The notes below the pieces were generated by a model. It saw only the letters and a program-made list of their open reading frames with translations. It searched no databases and was not told the origin of the DNA. This document shows positions 1 through 7,361 of a stretch of 23,905 nt of DNA, piece after piece (position 1 is the first letter of the stretch; every line of letters starts with the position of its first letter). This DNA comes from Candidatus Altarchaeum sp. (GTDB lineage: Archaea > Altiarchaeota > Altiarchaeia > Altiarchaeales > Altiarchaeaceae). Where the stretch lies: the NCBI GenBank assembly GCA_018260615.1, contig JAGWDQ010000114.1, positions 3,672-27,576 on the forward strand, in the 5' to 3' direction. A program made the position numbers and the translations under genes.

Positions 1-161
1 TTTTCATTTGTCTGCCGGACATCATCTTCGCTCAATCCTGCATTCAGCCCCGTATCCTTCGCCTTTTCATAATCAATAAGTTCGCCTGCGGAGTGCGCAT
101 CAGTATCTATCACCATTTCCAGATTAAATTTCTTACAGATTTTTGCAATTTCCGGATTTTC
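1..161 (-). pseudogene. Duplicated 3' fragment of the PHP-family gene (exact copy of 2822..2982), cut by the window edge
   Basis: 1..161 is base-for-base identical to 2822..2982 and encodes ENPEIAKICKKFNLEMVIDTDAHSAGELIDYEKAKDTGLNAGLSEDDVRQTNE. Identity stops abruptly at 161/2982. There is no in-frame ATG upstream and an in-frame TAA lies 8 codons upstream. Confidence 0.9.
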
Positions 162-188
162 ACTTGAATAATTTTGGACAATTTAAAT

Positions 189-2618
189 TTAAGGAAAGCT
201 AAGTGGATGTAATTCAATCAAATTATTATTCTCGTTATTTATATTCTCTAATATTTTTCTTATTAATTCTATTTCGGATGTAATTTTATATTGTGTGGCA
301 ATTAATTTGGCATCTTCTAATAATTTTTTTGCTTCTTTAAATTTTCGTTGATATAAGAATACAAAAGCATTACCAATTTTTACATGAACTTTGCCCCATT
401 CAGATCCTATTTCATTGTAAATATCCTCGGCTTCTTTATATTTGTTAAGCGCTTCTTCAAGAAGGGAATTATCCCCATTTTTAATGCCTTTCATTCTATT
501 ATTTTCGGCTATCCCGAGGAGTGAATGAGCCACTCTATTTTTATTTCCCATTAGCTCTGATTCCTCCCGACATCTTTCATAATTTTTAATGCTTTCTTCA
601 TAGTTGCCCTTTGCTCTCTCGATTTCCGCCTCACTATCTAATATCCATGTTTTAGCTCTAGATTTAGTGCGCGAAAATGTTTGTTCAGCTGCCTTATACT
701 TTTCTTTGGAGTCGTCATAATACTCTTGCATCCGAAGAATTTCTCCTTTTAACCATAATAAAGCGTTGCTTTCGTAACTCTTCTCTTTATCCTGGGCATC
801 AAGAGAAGAAGCAATTTCTATTCCTAAGTTATAAATTCTGTTTGCCTCGTCATAATTACCCAATAAATAATAAATTTTTGATAAATTATAATAAAAATAT
901 ACTCCTTTATCATTATCTACTTGAGATAAATATTTATCTACGCTCTTACAACTTTCCAATGCTTCTCCAAGATGCCCTATAACATATTGGCATTTAGCAA
1001 TTTCAACAGATGACTTGAGTATATTATTTGGATCTTTTTTTCTTTCACTCTTTTCCCTTACATCACGAAGAATATCTATTGCCTTAGAGTATTGGTCAAG
1101 AAGCCTATATGTTTCTGCAAGATTCCATGAGATATTTATTTTATCCTCCTCTTGATCAGCATAGTTCGATGCATCTTTATATTTCTCAATTGCCTTTCCT
1201 AAATCACTTCCGAGAGATTTTAATGTGTTTCCATAAGTTTTATAAAACTTCATTTTAGTATTTTTATCAAGATCTTTATCAGATGTACTTTTAATAAATT
1301 TTTCAATTATCTGGATATTTTTATCTTCGAGCCATTCAATATAAGGCGACCTCTCAAAATAATTAAGGGTATATTGAATAAGGGTATGCATTTTGTTTCT
1401 ATCTTGGGCGTCTTCTATCATTTCATTAATACACATTGCTGCGGCATATTCAAAGAATGTTTGATGAAAAAATCCTAACTTTTTTCCGTCATATTTTATG
1501 ATATTGTCGCTCTTGATATCTTCATAGACCTCTAACATTTTGTTTTGGGAAATGTAATTTTCAATGGTTCGATAGTTTATTGTAATCTTGTTTTCTTTAT
1601 CTTTAATCATTTCTTCAGCTATGGCCTTTACTAATCGTTTCTTTTTATTTACAAATTCATGAAATGATGAATTTTCTAATATTGTTGTTCGAGTATACTC
1701 AACTTTGACCTTCCAGTATTTCTTATACAACATATTGATATTATTTGGGATTGTCTGTAATTCATCATATATTTCAAATAACATTTTTATATGTAAAGGG
1801 TTCTTAAATATATCAGAGATTTTATCTCTTTGTATTACTGTTTCTACTCCGTGTTTTTTATAATATTCATTATATTTTTCAATTAATTTTTGTATTTCTT
1901 CTTCACTTAATTCTTCTAACGTAAATTTTTCGATAGGAATAGTATTCTTATTCTCCATGCTTGCAGCTTCTAAAGGCCTACATGTCGCAATTATTAATCC
2001 ATTTTCTGTGTTGAATCGAGTTATTAATGTGCTTAATCTTCCAATATTGTTATATGGAATTACATCTAATGTGTCCAAAAATAGGAGTATCTTATACCCT
2101 TTTTTTGAGATAGTATCTAGATCAATATTTTCTACGTTCATATCTTTTTTAATTTTACTCATAAAATCTCCACCTTCAAAATCTTGAGCTTTATAAAAGA
2201 ATGTGCAGTATTTTTCATCTTTTAAATAAATTTGAGCGAGTTTACATAACAAGGTTGTTTTTCCGTTTCCTGCTTCTCCAATTATAAGACAAAAACCTTT
2301 ATCACCTTTTTTTATTCGGCCTTCAATTTCCTTTTCAGTTTTTCTTTCTATACAATACTCTAATGGAACACCAAAAGAGAGTAGCCCGTTAATAACTTCT
2401 TGACCATACTTTCTAATTTTCGTTATATTTTCTTTAAAAAGGACATAATCTCTTAAATGCGGAAGAATTAATGACGTTAATAACAAAATTATTCCAATTA
2501 CATAATATCCTAATAAGATTAAGACTAATACAACAAGAACTCCAAATGCTAATAACCAATGTGCTAATAACCATTCTTTTAAATATGCCAATAACCATTC
2601 ATTGAATCCTTTTTTCAT
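189..2618 (-). CDS. Transmembrane-STAND (NACHT-like) P-loop NTPase-TPR protein, 809 aa; candidate NLR/Avs-like defence protein
   Basis: N-terminal run of ~35 hydrophobic residues, Walker A GEAGNGKT, Walker B LLFLDTLD, IIATCRP sensor-like strand, NPLHIKML (GxP-like region), FFHQTFFEY winged-helix motif typical of NACHT/STAND proteins, and a C-terminal half of TPR-like helical repeats (e.g. LSKIYYLLGNYDEA, GNYEESIKNYERC). Confidence 0.8.
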   Translation of the reverse strand: MKKGFNEWLLAYLKEWLLAHWLLAFGVLVVLVLILLGYYVIGIILLLTSLILPHLRDYVLFKENITKIRKYGQEVINGLLSFGVPLEYCIERKTEKEIEGRIKKGDKGFCLIIGEAGNGKTTLLCKLAQIYLKDEKYCTFFYKAQDFEGGDFMSKIKKDMNVENIDLDTISKKGYKILLFLDTLDVIPYNNIGRLSTLITRFNTENGLIIATCRPLEAASMENKNTIPIEKFTLEELSEEEIQKLIEKYNEYYKKHGVETVIQRDKISDIFKNPLHIKMLFEIYDELQTIPNNINMLYKKYWKVKVEYTRTTILENSSFHEFVNKKKRLVKAIAEEMIKDKENKITINYRTIENYISQNKMLEVYEDIKSDNIIKYDGKKLGFFHQTFFEYAAAMCINEMIEDAQDRNKMHTLIQYTLNYFERSPYIEWLEDKNIQIIEKFIKSTSDKDLDKNTKMKFYKTYGNTLKSLGSDLGKAIEKYKDASNYADQEEDKINISWNLAETYRLLDQYSKAIDILRDVREKSERKKDPNNILKSSVEIAKCQYVIGHLGEALESCKSVDKYLSQVDNDKGVYFYYNLSKIYYLLGNYDEANRIYNLGIEIASSLDAQDKEKSYESNALLWLKGEILRMQEYYDDSKEKYKAAEQTFSRTKSRAKTWILDSEAEIERAKGNYEESIKNYERCREESELMGNKNRVAHSLLGIAENNRMKGIKNGDNSLLEEALNKYKEAEDIYNEIGSEWGKVHVKIGNAFVFLYQRKFKEAKKLLEDAKLIATQYKITSEIELIRKILENINNENNNLIELHPLSFP

Positions 2619-2790
2619 TCTATCTATTTATAACTTACTCGAGTTTTGCGTTTTGAAAAATTTACACATATAAAAATTAGTTTTTGGTATTCTATTTTTG
2701 GTATTTTATGATGGTAAATATACAGCAAGGTTTAACCTGCCAAAAAAGTAAAATGCAAAACTTCAGCTTAATAAATTAATCTTAAAAATA

Positions 2791-3465
2791 TTAAATAAAT
2801 TTCTTAAAAATTTTTTTTGCATTTTCATTTGTCTGCCGGACATCATCTTCGCTCAATCCTGCATTCAGCCCCGTATCCTTCGCCTTTTCATAATCAATAA
2901 GTTCGCCTGCGGAGTGCGCATCAGTATCTATCACCATTTCCAGATTAAATTTCTTACAGATTTTTGCAATTTCCGGATTTTCGGGTTTGTGAATTTCTCT
3001 TGCGGTAATTTCAATAAAAATTTTGTTCTCTTTTGCTTTTAATGCATTCTCTTCACTTAAATGCCCGGGGTGTGCCAGAATATCAACATATTCACAATTT
3101 AATGCCGCAGTATTTGTTCCGGCAGGAACCTTATCACCGCTTGTTTCACCGTGAACCAGAACAATAAAATCGCGCTTTTTTGCTGTCCTTGCTATTTCGG
3201 ATATTTTGCTTGGATTTACTCTTGTTATTTCAATTCCGAATATAACATCGTCGAAAATTTTACTAAATTTCTCTCTCCGCTTTAAAAAACGAGCAAGTGA
3301 AGACATATTACCATATAAAATTTTGTTGATGCCGAATTCGTCTCCGATGAAATGGTCGGTTATCGCGATTGCTGAATTCAGTTCTCTTGCTCTGCTAATC
3401 ATCTCTTCTATGCTTGATTTTCCGTCGCTAAAATTTGTGTGCGAGTGTAATTCGTAGCGTTTCAT
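2791..3465 (-). CDS. PHP-family metal-dependent phosphoesterase (archaeal histidinol-phosphatase-like domain protein), 224 aa
   Basis: PHP metal-binding motifs LHSHTNFSDG, ITDH, VHGE, AHPG and DTDAH. Confidence 0.9.
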   Translation of the reverse strand: MKRYELHSHTNFSDGKSSIEEMISRARELNSAIAITDHFIGDEFGINKILYGNMSSLARFLKRREKFSKIFDDVIFGIEITRVNPSKISEIARTAKKRDFIVLVHGETSGDKVPAGTNTAALNCEYVDILAHPGHLSEENALKAKENKIFIEITAREIHKPENPEIAKICKKFNLEMVIDTDAHSAGELIDYEKAKDTGLNAGLSEDDVRQTNENAKKIFKKFI

Positions 3466-3587
3466 TTAAATTTCAGTTAAAATTTTTAAATTTTTCTAAT
3501 GTTTACTTTTTTCTTTTTTCGGAGTGTTTTTTCTTTTTTTAAAAGAAAAAAGTTCGTGTAATTCGTAACGTTTCATTTAAAATTTCA
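3445..3587. repeat. Direct repeat of the PHP gene start region (3445..3475 and 3556..3587)
   Basis: GTGTAATTCGTAGCGTTTCATTTAAATTTCA vs GTGTAATTCGTAACGTTTCATTTAAAATTTCA (1 substitution, 1 insertion). Both copies encode MKRYELH on the minus strand. Confidence 0.8.
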
Positions 3588-3653
3588 TTTGTTAAATTTC
3601 CAGAATTTTTTGATTTTTTCACAGTTTTATAAAGTATATGCTTTTCATGAGCA

Positions 3654-3762
3654 TCACACGGAGACACAGAGACACAAAGGGACAATCAGACAATGTCACC
3701 TCACTTCGTTCGGAGATTTTCAAATTTCTGCGATTTGAAAATGGCTTTGTGTCTTTGTGTGA
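3654..3762 (+). mobile_element. Small element bounded by inverted arms (copy A) that encloses a head+hairpin module
   Basis: Left arm TCACACGGAGACACAGAGACACAAAG, right arm CTTTGTGTCTTTGTGTGA. Inside are TCACCTCACTTCGTTCGGAG (3696..3715) and a perfect 10-bp stem ATTTTCAAAT/ATTTGAAAAT (3716..3742). Both arms recur at 20070..20352 in opposite orientation. Mobility is inferred. Confidence 0.6.
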
Positions 3763-3777
3763 ATATTTTATTATTTT

Positions 3778-4593
3778 TTAAATTTTTAAGAGTGACCTCA
3801 CCTTTTCAACAACATTTTTATTTCCCGCAATTAAATTTGCCTTTGTTTTTGTATCTACTTTTAAATTTTTCCCGTCCGAAAAACATATTCCTCCTGCTTC
3901 TTCAATTATGAGTTTTGCAGCAGTCAAATCCAGAATTCTCGGAGGTCTTAAATCAATGTATGCATCTAATGCTCCGCCTGCCACATAACACAATCCGAGA
4001 GCAATACTACCAACTGTTCGGTAATGTTTCGCAATTTGCATAATTTTTGAAATTTTGTCTAAATTTTTCCCGTAAGGTGCAAATTCAACACCCAAAAATT
4101 CAGGAACATTTGTGTCTGAATTCATTAAAATTTTCTTCTGATGTTTATTACCATTATTAATTCTATACGCTCCTTTTCCTTTGCCTGCATAATATTCTTC
4201 GCCGAATATATTTCTCACATATCCGACTTTTGTATCGTTAATGTATTGTGATGTTGAAAATGCCAAAGATGTTGCAAATAAAGGAATTCCACGGGTTGCG
4301 TTATTTGAACCGTCTATCGGATCCACAAAGAAAAATTGAGCGCAGTCGTTATCACTTGCTTTCCCGAAAAATTTAATTCCCGCTTCTTCTGATATTATGC
4401 AAAAATCGTCAAAATTTTTGGAAATTTCACTGATTACAATATCCTCTGCAACCTTGTCTATTTTTTTTGTCCTGTCTCCTCCCGCACCGTTTCCGATAAT
4501 TTCACCTGCTTCATCTGTGCCATAAATTTTGCCGGCACTTTCGGAAATTTTTGTCCCGATATTTTTAAATAAATTTAAGGTGTTTTCATACAT
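3778..4593 (-). CDS. suhB: Inositol monophosphatase / fructose-1,6-bisphosphatase family protein, 271 aa
   Basis: GAGGDRTKKID, IISEE, FVDPIDGS metal-binding motif, RTVGSIAL and RILDLTAA motifs of archaeal IMPase/FBPase. Confidence 0.9.
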   Translation of the reverse strand: MYENTLNLFKNIGTKISESAGKIYGTDEAGEIIGNGAGGDRTKKIDKVAEDIVISEISKNFDDFCIISEEAGIKFFGKASDNDCAQFFFVDPIDGSNNATRGIPLFATSLAFSTSQYINDTKVGYVRNIFGEEYYAGKGKGAYRINNGNKHQKKILMNSDTNVPEFLGVEFAPYGKNLDKISKIMQIAKHYRTVGSIALGLCYVAGGALDAYIDLRPPRILDLTAAKLIIEEAGGICFSDGKNLKVDTKTKANLIAGNKNVVEKVRSLLKI

Positions 4594-4629
4594 TTGCGTG
4601 AATGTTAAAATTTAAAGCAAAAAATTTAA

Positions 4630-4701
4630 AGCCCCAGACGAGGATTGAACTCGTGACCTTTCGCTTACCAAGCGAACGCTCTGCCACTGAGCTACTGAGG
4701 C
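4630..4701 (-). tRNA. tRNA-Thr (GGT), intronless, CCA not encoded
   Basis: Reverse complement GCCTCAGTAGCTCAGTGGCAGAGCGTTCGCTTGGTAAGCGAAAGGTCACGAGTTCAATCCTCGTCTGGGGCT folds as a cloverleaf: acceptor stem GCCTCAG/CTGGGGC, anticodon arm TTCGC-TTGGTAA-GCGAA, T-loop GTTCAAT. Confidence 0.97.
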
Positions 4702-4868
4702 AGTCAAATTTATCAGGAATATTATTAGGAATATAAAATTAATAATTCAGGTAAAAATTTGGTTATAAAATAGTTAAAATTTAGCAATATAAATTTAACT
4801 TATTTATTTCATAAAATTCAATTCATAAATAGTTTTGTAAAAATATCTATAAAAATAAATTTTTTAAA

Positions 4869-5873
4869 ATGAAAGAAAAACCAAAAGAAGATAAAGGAGT
4901 AGAAAAACCGGAAAAGAATGGAGAAAAAGTGCAAGGTAAAACATCATCCATTGAAGATCTTTCGGGTGTCGGACCTGCTACCGCTGAAAAATTAAGAGAA
5001 ATGGGTTTTCAGACAGTGGAATCAATTGCAGTTGCATCAATCGGAGAACTTAAAGATGCCGGACTTACTGACTCATCTGCCGAGAAGATAATTAATTCAG
5101 CGAGAGAGAGTTTGAAGATGGGATTTGAGACAGGTCTTGAATATATGGAAAAGAGAAAGAAAATTGGAAGAATATTAACGGGAAGCAAAGAACTTGATAC
5201 TTTACTTGGAGGGGGGATAGAAACCGGTTCAATTACAGAATTTTACGGACAATTTGGTTCCGGGAAAACACAGATTGGCTTACAGGCGGCAGTAAATGTC
5301 CAGTTGCCTGTTGAAAAAGGCGGATTAAACGGAACTGCTGTTTTCATAGATACTGAAGGTACATTCAGGCCGGAAAGGATAATACAAATGGCATCGGCAA
5401 AAAATTTAGATCCTAAAGAAGTTCTTAAAAATATAATGGTGGCAAGGGCATACAATTCTGATCATCAAATGCTGCTCGCAGAAAAAGCAGGAGAAATTGC
5501 AGAAGAGAAAAATGTGCGATTAGTTGTTGTTGATTCATTAACTTCACATTTCAGGTCCGAATATAGCGGGAGAGGTGAATTAGCACCAAGACAGCAAAAA
5601 TTAAACAGACATCTGCATTCATTACAAAGAGACCTTGCGGATATGCACAATATTGCGGTAATTGTTACAAATCAGGTAATGTCAAATCCCGGAATGATGT
5701 TTGGGGATCCCACAGTTCCAATCGGAGGAAATATAGTCGGACATTTATCAACATACAGGATATATCTGCGAAAAAGCAAAGGAAATAAAAGAATTGCACG
5801 ACTTGTTGATTCACCGTGTTTGCCAGAGGGAGAATGCGTATTTGAAGTGGGTGCTAATGGAATTAGTGATTAA
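4869..5873 (+). CDS. radA: DNA repair and recombination protein RadA, 334 aa
   Basis: N-terminal HhH domain ([12 protein letters not shown]), Walker [22 protein letters not shown], Walker [37 protein letters not shown]. Confidence 0.98.
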   Translation: MKEKPKEDKGVEKPEKNGEKVQGKTSSIEDLSGVGPATAEKLREMGFQTVESIAVASIGELKDAGLTDSSAEKIINSARESLKMGFETGLEYMEKRKKIGRILTGSKELDTLLGGGIETGSITEFYGQFGSGKTQIGLQAAVNVQLPVEKGGLNGTAVFIDTEGTFRPERIIQMASAKNLDPKEVLKNIMVARAYNSDHQMLLAEKAGEIAEEKNVRLVVVDSLTSHFRSEYSGRGELAPRQQKLNRHLHSLQRDLADMHNIAVIVTNQVMSNPGMMFGDPTVPIGGNIVGHLSTYRIYLRKSKGNKRIARLVDSPCLPEGECVFEVGANGISD

Positions 5874-5986
5874 AGAAATGAGTAGTTTGGTTATGTCCGG
5901 GGTAAAACCGGGACATTTTCCTAACGATAATTTAAATTTTTACCGTATTATCGACATTCCGCACATTCGATCAAATTTTTTTAATT

Positions 5987-6190
5987 TCACCTCGCTGTCG
6001 TAAAAATCTACAAGATTTTTGGGATATTTAAAAATCACCTCGCTGTTGCTTGGAGATATTAAATTTCTATGAGAAATTTAATATCACCTCACTTCGTTCG
6101 GAGATTTAAAATTTCTATAGGAAATTTTAAATGCTTCAAGCATTTTTGATATTGCTCAGATATTTAAAAATCTTTTAGGATTTTTAAATG
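5987..6190 (+). repeat. Tandem cluster of head+hairpin modules (heads at 5987, 6035 and 6084; ~48-49 bp period)
   Basis: Heads TCACCTCGCTGTCG, TCACCTCGCTGTTGCTTGGAG and TCACCTCACTTCGTTCGGAG. Each is followed by an AT-rich stem-loop, e.g. the perfect ATATTAAATTTCT-ATG-AGAAATTTAATAT (6056..6084). A further perfect stem ATTTAAAAATC/GATTTTTAAAT lies at 6162..6189. Confidence 0.85.
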
Positions 6191-6242
6191 ATATTTTTAA
6201 AGATGATCTGCGGAAAGTTGGATTAAAATATAGTTTGTTTTA

Positions 6243-6440
6243 TCAAACCTCATCAATTGCCTCAAAAACCTGCTTAACTATTTTAGGATGTAATATCTTT
6301 CCACTATGAAACGGAACGACTATTCTTCTATCATCCTTCATATATATTCTGTGGCTACCTGCACTCCTAATTAATACAAATCCTGCTTTCAACAGCAATG
6401 ACTCTGCCTCCTTTGATGTTAAACGAGATAATTTAACCAT
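6243..6440 (-). CDS. hicA: HicA-family toxin (mRNA interferase), ~65 aa
   Basis: LLKAGFVLIRSAGSHRIY and VVPFH motifs with the conserved GSH histidine. ATG at 6440 is preferred over the TTG at 6446. Confidence 0.9.
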   Translation of the reverse strand: MVKLSRLTSKEAESLLLKAGFVLIRSAGSHRIYMKDDRRIVVPFHSGKILHPKIVKQVFEAIDEV

Positions 6441-6477
6441 TGACAAATCTTATGAGTTAATTCACCTAAAAGAATTT

Positions 6478-6705
6478 TTATGCCGGAATTTCAACTCCCA
6501 CAGATGTTGTTAAAATTTCCCTGCTCAAACATGTTATTTTTTCATTCTCGGGCAATGTTGCCATATAAAGATCTATCGCTTCTTTTATGTTGGATATCGT
6601 TTCCTCTAATGTATCACCCTGTGTTTGGCAACCTTTGAGTTCCGGACAATAAGCATAATACCCGTATTCGTCTTTTTCAATAACAACGCCAACTTTGTAA
6701 AACAT
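6478..6705 (-). CDS. hicB: HicB-family antitoxin, short form without an obvious C-terminal DNA-binding domain, 75 aa
   Basis: YYAYCPELKGCQTQGDTLEETISNIKEAIDLY matches the HicB partial RNase-H-fold pattern. Lies directly upstream of hicA. Confidence 0.9.
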   Translation of the reverse strand: MFYKVGVVIEKDEYGYYAYCPELKGCQTQGDTLEETISNIKEAIDLYMATLPENEKITCLSREILTTSVGVEIPA

Positions 6706-6933
6706 TTTATTAATTTTTATTTATTTATTTGGATTTTTATAAATTGTTTCGCATACTTTATTAATTGGACATTCTATCTTAAATATTAATAAATTTCCTC
6801 TAAAATTGTGATATGTATGAAAAACCACTTAATCTTTAAAATTTAAATTTGGCTACTATGTTGTTTTTCATTCTTTAATTTCATTAAATAATTTGGCTTA
6901 TGTTTATCTAATTATAGTGAAAATGCTAACCTT

Positions 6934-7119
6934 TCACCTCATTTCATTCGGAGTTTTAAAAATCTTACGCTCACTTCGTTCCACTCACTTTGTTCGTGTC
7001 TTTTCAAAACTCTCACCTCGCTCCTGCTCGGAGATTTTCAAAACTTCGCGTTTTGAAAATGCGTTTTGAAAATCGTGTATTTTAAAAACTTCGTTTTTAA
7101 AATTGCGATTTTTAAAATG
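6934..7119 (+). repeat. Second cluster of head+hairpin modules
   Basis: Heads TCACCTCATTTCATTCGGAG (6934) and TCACCTCGCTCCTGCTCGGAG (7013), two internal CTCACTT(C/T)GTTC copies, and perfect stems ATTTTCAAAAC/GTTTTGAAAAT (7034..7060) and ATTTTAAAAAC/GTTTTTAAAAT (7079..7103). Confidence 0.85.
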
Positions 7120-7361
7120 ACACTAATACTGAACGCACTCGCATTAAATTAAAACATCAAAAATTGATATTTTAACTTGACTTTGTCAGATTAAAATTTT
7201 AAATGCTTTATGCTGCAAACTTTGAGTTTTCAATCTAAAAAATCTGTATGATTTTTTTATTGCTTAAAAACAAAAATTTTAAATTCGTATTTCGGCAATT
7301 TTCGGCTTTAAAAATTTTAAATTTTTAGATGATGTTTTGAAATATGACAACGTCAAGTTAA

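Noticed and set aside
677-2187. Plus-strand ORFs 677..982 and 1957..2187
   Set aside because: Antisense shadows fully inside the 809-aa gene, with no motifs.
3693-3911. 72-aa ORF beginning in repeat copy A; likewise 5794..6003 and 20066..20251
   Set aside because: They start or end in repeat elements or overlap real genes, and their translations reflect repeat sequence.
4630-4701. tRNA-Thr as an integration site for an island or provirus
   Set aside because: No duplicated tRNA 3' end was noticed, there is no integrase, and the flanking genes (IMPase, radA) are housekeeping.
4702-4868. Specific TATA/BRE promoter calls in the divergent tRNA-radA gap and other intergenic regions
   Set aside because: The DNA is so AT-rich that many TATA-like matches exist and none can be singled out without TSS data.
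4869-5873. Intein in RadA, a known archaeal intein host
   Set aside because: Length (334 aa) and continuous motifs leave no room for an insertion.
5893-5919. GC-rich hairpin ATGTCCGGG/CCGGGACAT followed by TTT after radA as an intrinsic terminator
   Set aside because: One mismatch, a very short T-tract, and archaeal termination does not generally need hairpins; not enough support.
5987-6132. CRISPR array interpretation of the 48-49 bp periodic repeats
   Set aside because: Only three degenerate repeats; the spacers are related AT-rich hairpins rather than unique sequences; no cas genes or leader are seen.
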